From contig CASICS010000009.1 in NCBI GenBank assembly GCA_949373255.1, positions 34,162-98,161 on the forward strand: a stretch of 64,000 nucleotides of DNA. The letters run 5' to 3'. The position numbers and the translations under genes are program-made. Positions 19,536 to 28,556 of the stretch are shown here, piece after piece (within the stretch, counting starts at the first letter, position 1; each line of letters opens with the position of its first letter). This DNA comes from an uncultured SAR86 cluster bacterium (lineage in GTDB: Bacteria; Pseudomonadota; Gammaproteobacteria; Magnimaribacterales; AG-339-G14). The notes under the pieces are model-generated. The model did not search any database. It saw nothing but the letters and a program-made list of their open reading frames with translations, and was not told the DNA's origin.

Positions 19536-21467
19536 TTATTTTGCTATTTCAAGATTAACTCTGCCCTTAAAGGCCTCAACAGATTGAATTTTTATCTTCA
19601 TGCTGTCGCCTATAGAAAATGATCGCTTGGATCTCGCAGACTTCATGGACATAGAAGATTCTTCAAAATTAAAATAATCTCTTTTGCTTAGCTTGCTTAC
19701 ATGAATAAAACCTTCAATATTGATTTCATCTAGTTTTACAAACACACCAAACTCAAAAGCCGAAACCATAGTGCCATTGAAAGTTTTGCCAATATGGTTT
19801 TCAGCACACTTACATCTAAGAAATTTTTCTGCTTTACGGCATGCTTTTTCAGCTCTTCGATCTTTATCTGAAACTTCTTCGGCAATTTCTTTCATCAAAT
19901 CTACTGAATAAACAAAGTTAGTACTTTTTGTAAATTTCTCTCTGCTAAGTGAGGTATTTAGATTTTGTTTTATCAACTCTTTTAAGCCTCTATGTACTAT
20001 CAAATCTGCATATCTTCTTATCGGAGAGGTAAAGTGGGCATATTTGTCTAGTGACAAAGCAAAATGAGAAGTCTCTAATGGATCATATTTTGCCAAGGAC
20101 ATGCTTCTTAAAATTTGTATATTTATAATTTCTTTATTTTTATTACCTTCAGCAGCTTTTAACCAGCTCACAATATTTTCCCTTAATTTAAAAGATTTCA
20201 TATTATTTGTGATTTGGCGGCTTGTTAGAAAGTCTTTAAGATTTGTAACTTTTAAAGGATTTGGATTTTCATGAGATCTATACAAAGTTGGAACCTTGGC
20301 TTTGTGCAAAAGTTCTGCAGCGCAAACATTGGCAAGAATCATGCACTCTTCTACTAATTGATGAGCATGGTTTCTTTCAATTAATCCAAATTTTTTAATT
20401 CGGTGATTTTTATCAGAAACAGGATGATATTCCGGGAGATCAAAATCAATGGCTAATCTAGATTTTCTTTTTTCATGAAGGAGTCTGTAAATTTTTTCTA
20501 AAGTTGTGATGCTGTCATTAACTTCTATGCTGAGGGATGGTTTGTCACTCTCGAATTGCTTACCAATTTTTTCATAAGTTAGTCTCGCTTGAGAGCGAAT
20601 AATTGAATTAGAGATTTCATATTTTTTAACATTGCCTTGTTTGTCTAAAATAATTTCACATGACATTGTTAATCTGTCTTCCTCAGGCTTAAGAGAGCAT
20701 AAATCATTAGATAATTTTTCAGGTAGCATAGGAATAACTTTGCTATTGAAATAAACAGAGGTTGCTCTATTTTTAGCTTCTAAATCTATTGGAGAATTGA
20801 ATTTTACGTATTCTGCTACATCTGCAATTGCAACTATCAGTCTAAATTCATTTTTCTCTTCTGAGGCATATAAAGCATCATCAAAATCTTTTGCAGTTTT
20901 TCCATCAATAGTTACAAAACTAAGATCTCTTAAATCTTTTCTTAAGGACTTATTAGTATCTTCGAATGAAGACTCTAACCGTTTGATTTGGCTCAGTACC
21001 TCTTTCGGCCAATCAATAGGTATTTCCGATCCGCTTAATGCAATTTCAGCAGCCTCTTCAAAGGGATTTTCAAATTTTTTTGAATGGATAATTCTTGCGG
21101 TTGGTTTATATTTTAATGAAGGTTGCTTAATAATTTTTGCTGAACAAATATCACCAGCTTTTACTGAATTTGGAACTTTTGAATCTATAATTATATTTAA
21201 ATGATAAGAGCCATCGACTGACGTAAGAGAATATTTTTGTTTTTGAAAATCTAATATCCCTTTTACCTCATCTGTATTTCGCTCAATTACTTCTACAATC
21301 TTTGCTCGGTCATTTTCTTTGATCAGGCATTGCACTTTGTCGCCAGGAAAGACTTTAAACATTTCTTTTTTTGGTAAGCCAAAAGAAACGTCTCCAGAAA
21401 CTCTTAAGAAACCTTTTCCAGAGTTGTTAAGTTGAACTATTCCAATGACTAAATTTTTTTTTTCCAT
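19536..21467 (-). CDS. rnr: ribonuclease R (short form)
   Basis: 643 aa. Cold-shock-like N-terminus, RNB domain (TIDGKTAKDFDDALYA, HFALSL..YAHFTSPIRRYADL) and a C-terminal S1 domain. Confidence 0.93.
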   Translation of the reverse strand: MEKKNLVIGIVQLNNSGKGFLRVSGDVSFGLPKKEMFKVFPGDKVQCLIKENDRAKIVEVIERNTDEVKGILDFQKQKYSLTSVDGSYHLNIIIDSKVPNSVKAGDICSAKIIKQPSLKYKPTARIIHSKKFENPFEEAAEIALSGSEIPIDWPKEVLSQIKRLESSFEDTNKSLRKDLRDLSFVTIDGKTAKDFDDALYASEEKNEFRLIVAIADVAEYVKFNSPIDLEAKNRATSVYFNSKVIPMLPEKLSNDLCSLKPEEDRLTMSCEIILDKQGNVKKYEISNSIIRSQARLTYEKIGKQFESDKPSLSIEVNDSITTLEKIYRLLHEKRKSRLAIDFDLPEYHPVSDKNHRIKKFGLIERNHAHQLVEECMILANVCAAELLHKAKVPTLYRSHENPNPLKVTNLKDFLTSRQITNNMKSFKLRENIVSWLKAAEGNKNKEIINIQILRSMSLAKYDPLETSHFALSLDKYAHFTSPIRRYADLIVHRGLKELIKQNLNTSLSREKFTKSTNFVYSVDLMKEIAEEVSDKDRRAEKACRKAEKFLRCKCAENHIGKTFNGTMVSAFEFGVFVKLDEINIEGFIHVSKLSKRDYFNFEESSMSMKSARSKRSFSIGDSMKIKIQSVEAFKGRVNLEIAK

Positions 21468-21545
21468 TTTATAAGAGTATAATTTTTGTTGATTATGAAG
21501 TAATAATTAAAATAAAGGTTATTTGTTCACAAATAATTTATCTAG

Positions 21546-22034
21546 ATGAGCGTTAAAATAAGTACACCTGACATAAGCGATAAATATCCAGAATTGAAGT
21601 TTTTAAATATTCAATTTAAGAGTTTTGGAACAAAGCAGTCTTTTTTCGGCGAAATACTCACTGCAACTTGTCCCGACGATAATTCTAAAGTTAAAGAAAT
21701 ACTAAGTAAGCAAGGAGAGCGTAGAGTTTTAATAGTCGATGGTCAAGCTAGTTTTAAAGTCGCATTAATGGGGGATATGATTGCCAAACAGGCTGTTAAA
21801 AATAACTGGGCAGGCGTGATTATTAATGGCTGCGTAAGAGATGTAGAAATTTTAAATTCTTTAAATCTAGGTATTTTCGCATTAGGCGCAGTTCCAAGAA
21901 AAAGTGAAAAGCTAGATAGAGGATCTTTACGCGATGATATTCGTATTGGAGATAGTCAGATATCGTCCGGTCAATGGGCATATGCAGATTTAAACGGAGT
22001 TATTATCTCCGATTGTGAACTGGACTTACCTTGA
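21546..22034 (+). CDS. rraA: RraA family protein (RNase E regulator / HMG-CHA aldolase family)
   Basis: 162 aa. LIVDG...ALMGD and NGCVRD motifs and the family-typical length. Confidence 0.85.
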   Translation: MSVKISTPDISDKYPELKFLNIQFKSFGTKQSFFGEILTATCPDDNSKVKEILSKQGERRVLIVDGQASFKVALMGDMIAKQAVKNNWAGVIINGCVRDVEILNSLNLGIFALGAVPRKSEKLDRGSLRDDIRIGDSQISSGQWAYADLNGVIISDCELDLP

Positions 22035-22399
22035 AATTGTTAAGATATTTTTTATTTTTAGCAGGAATATTTTATGTATCAATTTCTATTTTCCAGATTT
22101 CTGCAGTAGCAGATGCTCTAAAATTTATTTTGATGATTGAAAATACTTTTCTAGAAGGTGTTCTTTTTATTGTTTCATTATTTATAACTTTTACTCCTTT
22201 ATTGGGTCCTATATTAGGAATAATAGGAGCAACGGTAGTTTGGAAATGGAATCTAATTTTCTCTTTGCTACTATTTTTTTGGCCCTATTTATTTGGTGGC
22301 ATAGTCTGGCAAATTTTTAAATCTAAGAGGCAAATTCAACCTGAAGAAAAAGCAAGTGATGCTGAGGAGGCTGAAATTTTAGAAGAGTGGAAAAAATAA
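22031..22399 (+). CDS. hypothetical membrane protein
   Basis: 122-aa ORF with 3-4 hydrophobic helices and an acidic C-terminal tail. TTG start overlaps the rraA stop (TTGA). No recognisable family. Confidence 0.4.
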   Translation: MKLLRYFLFLAGIFYVSISIFQISAVADALKFILMIENTFLEGVLFIVSLFITFTPLLGPILGIIGATVVWKWNLIFSLLLFFWPYLFGGIVWQIFKSKRQIQPEEKASDAEEAEILEEWKK

Positions 22400-22406
22400 G
22401 TCTTAT

Positions 22407-22793
22407 TTAAGAGATTTTATCTAATGTACCGCCCATAAATTCATGGATTATTTGAACTCCCTTTAGAGGCCTTATAAAGACTCTAAATTCAGTAATTTTG
22501 TTTTCATCGTTCCAAGTTATCAAGTCAATACCATTAATCTTTATATTATTTATTTCTAGTTCAAACTCTAGACATGCATTATTTTCTTTAATAAGTTCTT
22601 TTGTATATAAAAAAGAATCTACACCAAAGACCATTGCTGCCGCAGATAAATATTTTATTGTAATTTCTTTTCCCTCTTGAGGAGAGAAAACAACTGGAGA
22701 ATAAAAAATACATTCATCAGAAATAATATCTGAAAGTAAATCTACACTTCCAGATTTGATTATTTCATGCCATTTTTTAATTGGGTTTGTCAT
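22407..22793 (-). CDS. NTF2/SnoaL-like fold protein
   Basis: 128 aa. The pattern W..I..G....L...IS.DC.F.SP.......G is typical of SnoaL-like/NTF2 proteins. This is a low-information call. Confidence 0.45.
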   Translation of the reverse strand: MTNPIKKWHEIIKSGSVDLLSDIISDECIFYSPVVFSPQEGKEITIKYLSAAAMVFGVDSFLYTKELIKENNACLEFELEINNIKINGIDLITWNDENKITEFRVFIRPLKGVQIIHEFMGGTLDKIS

Positions 22794-22892
22794 AATTTTC
22801 TTTAACTCTTTATAAAATCATACACTGCATTTGCCCACGCTTTGCCTTTAAAGAGAATTTCTAAAAGAAAGATTAAGAGCTTCATAATTAAA

Positions 22893-22968
22893 TGGAGCTG
22901 GCGATTGGATTTGAACCAACGACCGCCTGATTACAAATCAGGAGCTCTACCAACTGAGCTACGCCAGC
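22893..22968 (-). tRNA. tRNA-Thr (UGU)
   Basis: The reverse complement folds as GCTGGCG..GCTCAGTTGGTAGAGC..CCTGA-TTTGTAA-TCAGG..GTTGGTTCAAATCCAAT-CGCCAGC-T-CCA. Confidence 0.95.
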
Positions 22969-22980
22969 AACGAAAAAGTG

Positions 22981-23008
22981 ATTATATATTTATTTTTGTA
23001 TCTTTAAA
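22981..23008 (-). promoter_or_regulatory. candidate promoter for tRNA-Thr(UGU) inside the birA 3' end (TTTAAA-16-TATAAT)
   Basis: Minus strand: TATAAT ends 12 nt before the mature tRNA 5' end, with TTTAAA 16 nt upstream. The AT-rich context makes a chance match likely. Confidence 0.3.
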
Positions 23009-23787
23009 GATACTTCTCCTGAAGATACCTTATTTTTTTTATTTCCGATCTTTAAATTCAATGATCCATCATTATTAATATTTAGTGCTATGCATTTTTC
23101 ATCGGGATAATTCGAAGCTATTACTTTTTGATTTTGTAATAAATGTAAATATTCAAATTCTTTTTTAAAGTATTTAAAGCCTTTCAACTTAAATATTTCA
23201 AGATTCATCATAGTTTCAGAAATAATCGCAGCAACTAATTCATTTCTATCCATCTTTAAGTTCCTATTTTCAATTTTTATAGAAGTCCATGATTGATCTA
23301 TCAATTTATTTTGCTCCATTAAAACATTTAGCCCAATGCCAATTACGATTAAAGTTTTTCCTTCAATATTTTTGGTCTCAATTAAAATTCCCCCAAATTT
23401 CTTACCATTTAGAAATAAATCGTTAGGCCATTTAATCAAAGCATCTATTGAATATAGTTTTTTAATAGCTTTTGAAATACTTAAACCTACAAAAAGGCTA
23501 AAGCCTTCTAATTTCTTAACTGGTAGATCAGCTATGAATGAAAGTGATAAATAAATATTTTTATTTTTTGGGCTTTGCCATATTTTTCCATTTCTTCCTC
23601 TTCCTAAATTTTGTTTTTCAGACAGGCAGATTGAAAGTTCGTTTTCTTTTAAGTCTTTGTTCAACAAGTAAGAGTTTGTAGATCCTATTTCACTGAAAAT
23701 TTCTAAATTGACTGAAAAATCACTAAATTTAGGCAAAAGTTTAAAAATAACTTCCTTGTTTAATTTCTTTTCATTGACATCTTTCAT
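22990..23787 (-). CDS. birA: biotin--[acetyl-CoA-carboxylase] ligase (no N-terminal HTH domain)
   Basis: GRGRNGKIWQSP biotin-binding motif, and KWPNDL. I prefer the ATG at 23787 (MKDVNEKK...) over the TTG at 23808 used by the track. Confidence 0.88.
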   Translation of the reverse strand: MKDVNEKKLNKEVIFKLLPKFSDFSVNLEIFSEIGSTNSYLLNKDLKENELSICLSEKQNLGRGRNGKIWQSPKNKNIYLSLSFIADLPVKKLEGFSLFVGLSISKAIKKLYSIDALIKWPNDLFLNGKKFGGILIETKNIEGKTLIVIGIGLNVLMEQNKLIDQSWTSIKIENRNLKMDRNELVAAIISETMMNLEIFKLKGFKYFKKEFEYLHLLQNQKVIASNYPDEKCIALNINNDGSLNLKIGNKKNKVSSGEVSLKIQK

Positions 23788-23802
23788 ATGTACCAAGAGA
23801 AT
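23774..23802 (+). promoter_or_regulatory. candidate promoter for tRNA-Tyr (TTGACA-17-GAGAAT), overlapping the birA start on the other strand
   Basis: Perfect -35 TTGACA (23774-23779), a 17-nt spacer and GAGAAT (23797-23802), 13 nt before the mature tRNA-Tyr 5' end. Confidence 0.4.
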
Positions 23803-23815
23803 ACCCAACTTAAAT

Positions 23816-23899
23816 GGAGGGGTTGGGGAGCGGTCAAACCCAGCTGACTGTAAATCAGCCGCTTCGGCTTCGCAGGTTCGAATCCTGCCCCCTCCACCA
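23816..23899 (+). tRNA. tRNA-Tyr (GUA)
   Basis: Acceptor GGAGGGG/CCCCTCC, anticodon stem-loop GCTGA-CTGTAAA-TCAGC, long variable arm, T-loop TTCGAAT, encoded CCA. Confidence 0.95.
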
Positions 23900-23918
23900 T
23901 AATGTAATTAAAATTTTG

Positions 23919-23947
23919 TTGCATTTAACCGTAGAATTGAGTATAAA
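23919..23947 (+). promoter_or_regulatory. candidate promoter for tRNA-Thr(GGU)-tuf (TTGCAT-17-TATAAA)
   Basis: TTGCAT (23919-23924), a 17-nt spacer and TATAAA (23942-23947), preceded by an A/T-rich UP-like tract and located in the Tyr-Thr tRNA spacer. Confidence 0.45.
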
Positions 23948-24021
23948 CGCGAACGGAGTTTTGGGTCTAGAGTTGAAAAAAAAAATTTCAATTTTAATCT
24001 CAATGTTCTTAACTCGGGAAT

Positions 24022-24097
<76 letters not shown>

Positions 24098-24138
24098 GGA
24101 ATGTAATTTTAGTTAAGTTTTATAAAGAGGAAGATTAA

Positions 24139-25332
24139 ATGGCTAAGGAAAAATTTGAAAGAAATAAACCCCACTTAAATGTGGGAACAATCGGTCACGT
24201 AGACCATGGTAAAACAACGCTTACTGCGGCTTTGACTAAAGTTTGTGCTGAGGCATATGGTTCAGGTGAGGCAGTTGCATTTGATGGAATTGATAATGCT
24301 CCAGAAGAAAGGGAAAGAGGAATAACTATTGCTACTTCTCACGTTGAGTACGATTCTCCCGCAAGACACTATGCTCACGTAGATTGTCCTGGTCACGCTG
24401 ATTACATTAAAAATATGATTACCGGTGCTGCACAAATGGATGGTGCAATTCTAGTAGTAAACTGTGCAGATGGTCCTATGCCTCAAACAAGAGAGCACAT
24501 TCTATTGGCCAGACAGGTAGGAGTTCCTCACATCGTTGTTTATCTAAACAAAGCAGATACAGTGGATGATGAAGAATTAATTATGCTTGTTGAAGAAGAA
24601 ATAAGAGAATTACTAACTGAATACAAATTTCCTGGAGCTGATACTCCAGTAATTATTGGCTCAGCTCTGAAAGCTTTAGAAGGAGAAGAATCAGAATATG
24701 GCACTGAATCTATCAAAAAACTTGTTGAAGCTATCGACTCATACATTCCTGAGCCTGTCAGAGAAACTGATAAACCTTTCCTAATGCCTATTGAAGATAT
24801 TTTCTCAATTCAAGGTAGAGGAACAGTTGTTACAGGAAGAATTGATAGGGGTATGGTTAATGTTAATGATGAGATGGAAATCGTTGGTATTAAAGATACA
24901 GAGAAAACTGTTTGTACTGGTGTAGAGATGTTTAGAAAACTCCTAGACCAAGGAAGAGCTGGAGAAAATGTTGGTGTCCTTTTAAGAGGAACAAAAAGAG
25001 AAGACGTAGAGAGAGGACAAGTTTTATGTGCTCCTGGATCTATCAAACCTCACACTAAATTTGAGGCGCAAGTTTACGTCCTTAGCAAAGAGGAAGGTGG
25101 AAGACACACCCCATTCTTCAAAGGATACAGACCACAATTTTATGTAAGAACCACTGATGTTACTGGAGAGGTTACTCTTCCAGATGGCGTTGACATGGTT
25201 ATGCCTGGAGATGATATTGCTGTAACAGTTGACTTAATTTCACCAGTAGCTATGGAAGATGGCATGAAATTTGCTATCCGTGAGGGTGGAAGAACTGTTG
25301 GAGCTGGTGTAGTTTCAAAAATTGTAGAGTAG
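24139..25332 (+). CDS. tuf: elongation factor Tu
   Basis: 397 aa. [39 protein letters not shown] and NKAD. Near-identical pattern to E. coli EF-Tu. Confidence 0.99.
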   Translation: MAKEKFERNKPHLNVGTIGHVDHGKTTLTAALTKVCAEAYGSGEAVAFDGIDNAPEERERGITIATSHVEYDSPARHYAHVDCPGHADYIKNMITGAAQMDGAILVVNCADGPMPQTREHILLARQVGVPHIVVYLNKADTVDDEELIMLVEEEIRELLTEYKFPGADTPVIIGSALKALEGEESEYGTESIKKLVEAIDSYIPEPVRETDKPFLMPIEDIFSIQGRGTVVTGRIDRGMVNVNDEMEIVGIKDTEKTVCTGVEMFRKLLDQGRAGENVGVLLRGTKREDVERGQVLCAPGSIKPHTKFEAQVYVLSKEEGGRHTPFFKGYRPQFYVRTTDVTGEVTLPDGVDMVMPGDDIAVTVDLISPVAMEDGMKFAIREGGRTVGAGVVSKIVE

Positions 25333-25406
25333 GCCAGTAGCTCAATTGGTAGAGCGGCGGTCTCCAAAACCGCAGGTTGGGGGTTCGATTCCCTCCTGGC
25401 CTGCCA
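25331..25406 (+). tRNA. tRNA-Trp (CCA)
   Basis: AGGCCAG..GCTCAATTGGTAGAGC..GCGGT-CTCCAAA-ACCGC..GGGGGTTCGATTCCCTC-CTGGCCT-G-CCA. The first two nt are the AG of the tuf TAG stop. Confidence 0.93.
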
Positions 25407-25425
25407 GAATTTGAAGGATATATCT

Positions 25426-25794
25426 ATGGTACAACAAGATTCAAAATCGTTTAATATTCAAAGTAAGATGCTTTGGTTAATTGGTTTAAGCTTATTGGCA
25501 GCAGCTGTTTGGGGAAATTCTTTTTACAGTTATATAGGTCTTCTTTACAGAGTGATTGGTGTTCTTTTAGTTATGGGTGTTGCTCTTACTGTTATTAGTT
25601 TTACTTCTTTTGGAAGCAGCACTTACAGTTTGATAATGCAGTCTACAGTAGAAATTAGAAAAGTTGTTTGGCCGAACAGAACTGAAACAACTCAGACTAC
25701 TTTTATTGTTGCTGCGGCAGTTATTGCAGCTTCTTTAATTCTATGGGGACTTGATTCTTTATTTTCACTGATAATGAGAGCTATTTTAGGTTAA
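25426..25794 (+). CDS. secE: preprotein translocase subunit SecE
   Basis: 3-TM protein with the conserved C-terminal E.RKVVWP block, positioned between tRNA-Trp and nusG. ATG at 25426 (AAGGA SD) is preferred over the TTG at 25411. Confidence 0.9.
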   Translation: MVQQDSKSFNIQSKMLWLIGLSLLAAAVWGNSFYSYIGLLYRVIGVLLVMGVALTVISFTSFGSSTYSLIMQSTVEIRKVVWPNRTETTQTTFIVAAAVIAASLILWGLDSLFSLIMRAILG

Positions 25795-25797
25795 AAA

Positions 25798-26331
25798 ATG
25801 ACAAAATCTTGGTATGTAGTTAATTCTTACTCCGGCTATGAAAATAAAGCTAAGGAGCAACTTTTAGAGAGAATAGATAGAGAAGGTTTGTCTGAATTCT
25901 TCGGTGGAATAGAAGTGCCCACTCAGACTATAACTGAAGTAAAAGCAGGAAAAGAAAAAATTACAGAAAAGAAATTTTTTCCAGGCTATGTTTTAGTTGA
26001 AATGGAAATGAATGACCAGACTTGGCACTTAGTGAAAGAAACTCCTAGAGTCTTAGGTTTTATTGGAGGAACAAAAAATAATCCCAAGCCTATTACAGAG
26101 TCTGAAGCGAATAAAATTCTGCAGCAACAAGAAGATGGCATTGAGTCAACAACTCAAACTATGACCTATGAGCCTGGTGAGATGGTTAGAGTAATTGACG
26201 GTCCTTTCAATGATTTCAGCGGTGTTGTTGAAGAAATTGATCAAGAAAAAAGCAAAGTAAAAGTAGCGGTTATGATTTTTGGTCGCTCCACTCCAGTAGA
26301 GTTGGATTTTACGCAAATTGAGAGAAGCTAA
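25798..26331 (+). CDS. nusG: transcription termination/antitermination factor NusG
   Basis: 177 aa. WYVV..YSGYE NGN N-terminus, C-terminal KOW domain (V.V..GPF..F.G.V), conserved position. Confidence 0.96.
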   Translation: MTKSWYVVNSYSGYENKAKEQLLERIDREGLSEFFGGIEVPTQTITEVKAGKEKITEKKFFPGYVLVEMEMNDQTWHLVKETPRVLGFIGGTKNNPKPITESEANKILQQQEDGIESTTQTMTYEPGEMVRVIDGPFNDFSGVVEEIDQEKSKVKVAVMIFGRSTPVELDFTQIERS

Positions 26332-26765
26332 TGGCTAAGAAAGAAAAAAAAATAATGACTTATATTAAACTTCAAGTGCCTGCTGGCGCTGCTTCACCTA
26401 GTCCTCCCGTAGGACCAGCTTTGGGGCAACACGGAGTTAACTTAATGGATTTCTGTAATGCTTTTAATTCCCAAACCAATGATTTAGAGAAAAACCTTCC
26501 AGTTCCAGTTGTAATAACAGTATACGAGGATAGAAGTTTTACCTTTGTTTGTAAAACTACTCCAGCTAGCATTCTTTTAAAAAAAGCCGCTGGACTAAGC
26601 AAGGGAAGCGGTACGCCTAATTCAGAGAAAGTTGGAAAAGTTAATAGAGCTCAATTGGAAGAAATCGCGACTATTAAAATGAAAGATCTTAATGCGACAG
26701 ATATGGATGCAGCAGTAAAAATTATTGAAGGCAGTGCAAGAAGCATGGGTATTGAGGTTAAATAA
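26331..26765 (+). CDS. rplK: 50S ribosomal protein L11
   Basis: [26 protein letters not shown] hallmark. Confidence 0.97.
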   Translation: MAKKEKKIMTYIKLQVPAGAASPSPPVGPALGQHGVNLMDFCNAFNSQTNDLEKNLPVPVVITVYEDRSFTFVCKTTPASILLKKAAGLSKGSGTPNSEKVGKVNRAQLEEIATIKMKDLNATDMDAAVKIIEGSARSMGIEVK

Positions 26766-26767
26766 AT

Positions 26768-27424
26768 ATGACAAACGAAAACGAAAAATTCTCAGTAGAC
26801 CAAGCCGTTAAAGTTTTAAATGGAGAAGGCTCAAAGAAATTTTTAGAGGCAATAGATGTCGCTGTTAATCTTGGAATAGATCCTATCAAAACAGATCAAG
26901 CGGTGAGAGGAGCGTCAAATTTACCTCATGGAAATGGAAAAGTTTATAAAGTAGCGGTCTTTGCAGAAGGTGATGAAGCTAAGGCAGCGAAAGATTCAGG
27001 TGCCGATTCAGTAGGCATGGAAGATTTAGCGGAGGAAATGAAGAAAGGAAATTTAAATTTCGATGTTGTCATTGCAACTCCTGAGACTATGAAGATCGTA
27101 AGCCCTTTAGGGCAAATCCTTGGTCCAAAGGGGCTAATGCCAAATCCAAAATCCGAAACTGTTACTAAAGATGTAGGAAGCGCAGTAAAAAATGCAAAAG
27201 CAGGACAAATTAGGTATAAATCAGATAAACAGGGTATAATCCACACCCGAATTGGTCAGGTTGGATATACAGAGAAACAAATAGAAGAAAATTTAGTCGC
27301 TTTCCTAGCAGATGTTAAGAAAGCTAAACCTCCTTCTGCGAAGGGTATTTATATTTCTAAAATTTCTATTTCTTCAACAATGGGTAAAGGACTAGAACTT
27401 GATATGTCCTCTTTAAATTTTTAA
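26768..27424 (+). CDS. rplA: 50S ribosomal protein L1
   Basis: [15 protein letters not shown]...LPHG and [11 protein letters not shown] blocks. About 15 aa shorter at the N-terminus than E. coli L1. Confidence 0.96.
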   Translation: MTNENEKFSVDQAVKVLNGEGSKKFLEAIDVAVNLGIDPIKTDQAVRGASNLPHGNGKVYKVAVFAEGDEAKAAKDSGADSVGMEDLAEEMKKGNLNFDVVIATPETMKIVSPLGQILGPKGLMPNPKSETVTKDVGSAVKNAKAGQIRYKSDKQGIIHTRIGQVGYTEKQIEENLVAFLADVKKAKPPSAKGIYISKISISSTMGKGLELDMSSLNF

Positions 27425-27603
27425 AGATTCATTGATGACTGATTTGAAAAGAATTTTGGGCTATTGCGACTCTGTTGCAATTGTCGAAGACCGTAGGTGT
27501 AAAAGAGAAATCTTGAGCTTAATCTCCTACGCAGATGGTTCTTAGCGCAAACTTCGGTTTAGCTAAGGTTTTTTATTTCTCAAATTAAAAGAGGAATTAA
27601 TTT
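27425..27603 (+). promoter_or_regulatory. probable L10 (rplJ) autoregulatory leader
   Basis: At 179 nt this is the longest non-coding spacer in the r-protein/RNAP block. It contains pairing segments such as CGTAGG (27492-27497) / CCTACG (27526-27531). The position matches the known L10(L12)4-binding leader of gammaproteobacteria. Confidence 0.45.
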
Positions 27604-28122
27604 ATGTCACACTTAGACGAAAAGAAAGTACAAGTAGATGCATTAAAGCAAATTGCCGAACAAGCATTTTCTGCTATCGCTGTTGATTACAGAGGAACAG
27701 ACGTTCCCAAACTAACAGATTTTAGAAGAGATGCTAAAGATCAATCTGTCTTTATCAAAATCATTAAAAATACTTTGGCTAAGAAAGCATTAGAAGGTAC
27801 TAAATTTGATTCATTAAGCGAAGTGCTTACCGGACCAACATTGTTAGCCTTTTCTTTGGAAGATTATCAAAGTGCCGCAAAACTTATCAAAAGTTTTTCT
27901 GCAATTGAAGAATCTTTTGAGGTTAAAGGTCTGTCAATAGGAGAAGGTTTTCTCGAAGCTAACGAATTAAATAATTTAGCATCTCTTCCATCAAAAGAAG
28001 AGGCTATTTCTATGTTGCTTGGTCTACTAAATGCACCGGTTCAAAAATTAGCTGGCACCTTAAATGAAGTGCCAACAAGTTTTGTTAGAACATTAAGTGC
28101 GGTTGGTTCTTCCAAGTCATAA
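27604..28122 (+). CDS. rplJ: 50S ribosomal protein L10
   Basis: 172 aa with a family-typical N-terminal region (AVDYRG...V..L..LR), between rplA and rplL. Confidence 0.95.
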   Translation: MSHLDEKKVQVDALKQIAEQAFSAIAVDYRGTDVPKLTDFRRDAKDQSVFIKIIKNTLAKKALEGTKFDSLSEVLTGPTLLAFSLEDYQSAAKLIKSFSAIEESFEVKGLSIGEGFLEANELNNLASLPSKEEAISMLLGLLNAPVQKLAGTLNEVPTSFVRTLSAVGSSKS

Positions 28123-28148
28123 GTTTGAAATAATAAGGAGTTAAAAAA

Positions 28149-28526
28149 ATGGCTTTATCAAAAGAAGAAATTTTAGATGCAATTTCAGAAATGAGTGTAA
28201 TGGACGTAGTGGATCTAGTTAAGCTTATGGAAGAAAAATTTGGAGTTACTGCTGCTGCACCTGTTGCTGCTGCTGCGCCTGCTGCAGGCGGCGAAGTAGA
28301 AGCTGCTGAAGAGCAAAGCGAGTTCGAAATTTTCTTAGCGGAAGTTGGTGATAAAAAAATAGATGTAATCAAAGCGGTTAGATCAATCACTGGTTTAGGC
28401 TTGAAAGAGGCAAAAGCAATCGTTGATGGTGCACCTGCATCCGTCAAAGAAGGAGCTAATAAAGAGGAAGCTGAAACAGCTAAGTCTCAATTAGAAGAAG
28501 CTGGCGCGAAAGTAGAACTTAAGTAA
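28149..28526 (+). CDS. rplL: 50S ribosomal protein L7/L12
   Basis: Ala-rich hinge ([14 protein letters not shown]) and C-terminal [17 protein letters not shown]...P..VKEG. Confidence 0.98.
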   Translation: MALSKEEILDAISEMSVMDVVDLVKLMEEKFGVTAAAPVAAAAPAAGGEVEAAEEQSEFEIFLAEVGDKKIDVIKAVRSITGLGLKEAKAIVDGAPASVKEGANKEEAETAKSQLEEAGAKVELK

Positions 28527-28556
28527 AAAATTAAATTTATAAATTAAAGAGTATTT

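Noticed and set aside
21517-21534. Inverted repeat TTATTTG-ttca-CAAATAA in the rnr/rraA divergent region
   Set aside because: It is short and AT-only, with no match to a regulator consensus I know (not Fur-, LexA- or CRP-like). It is likely chance.
22998-23013. Perfect 16-bp palindrome GTATCTTTAAAGATAC at the birA 3' end
   Set aside because: It lies inside coding sequence and overlaps only a weak candidate -35. In DNA this AT-rich, one or two perfect 8+8 palindromes per 64 kb are expected by chance. No T-tract follows on either strand.
23900-24021. Possible degenerate tRNA-Gly (glyT position) between tRNA-Tyr and tRNA-Thr
   Set aside because: I could not fold any cloverleaf, and there is no T-loop GTTCRANYC or acceptor complementarity. 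The region is better explained by a promoter plus A-tract.
27435-27545. 36-codon ORF (MTDLKRILGYCDSVAIVEDRRCKREILSLISYADGS) in the rplA-rplJ spacer
   Set aside because: It has no SD and no recognisable family. The region is better explained as the structured L10 leader RNA. It would need conservation evidence to be revived.
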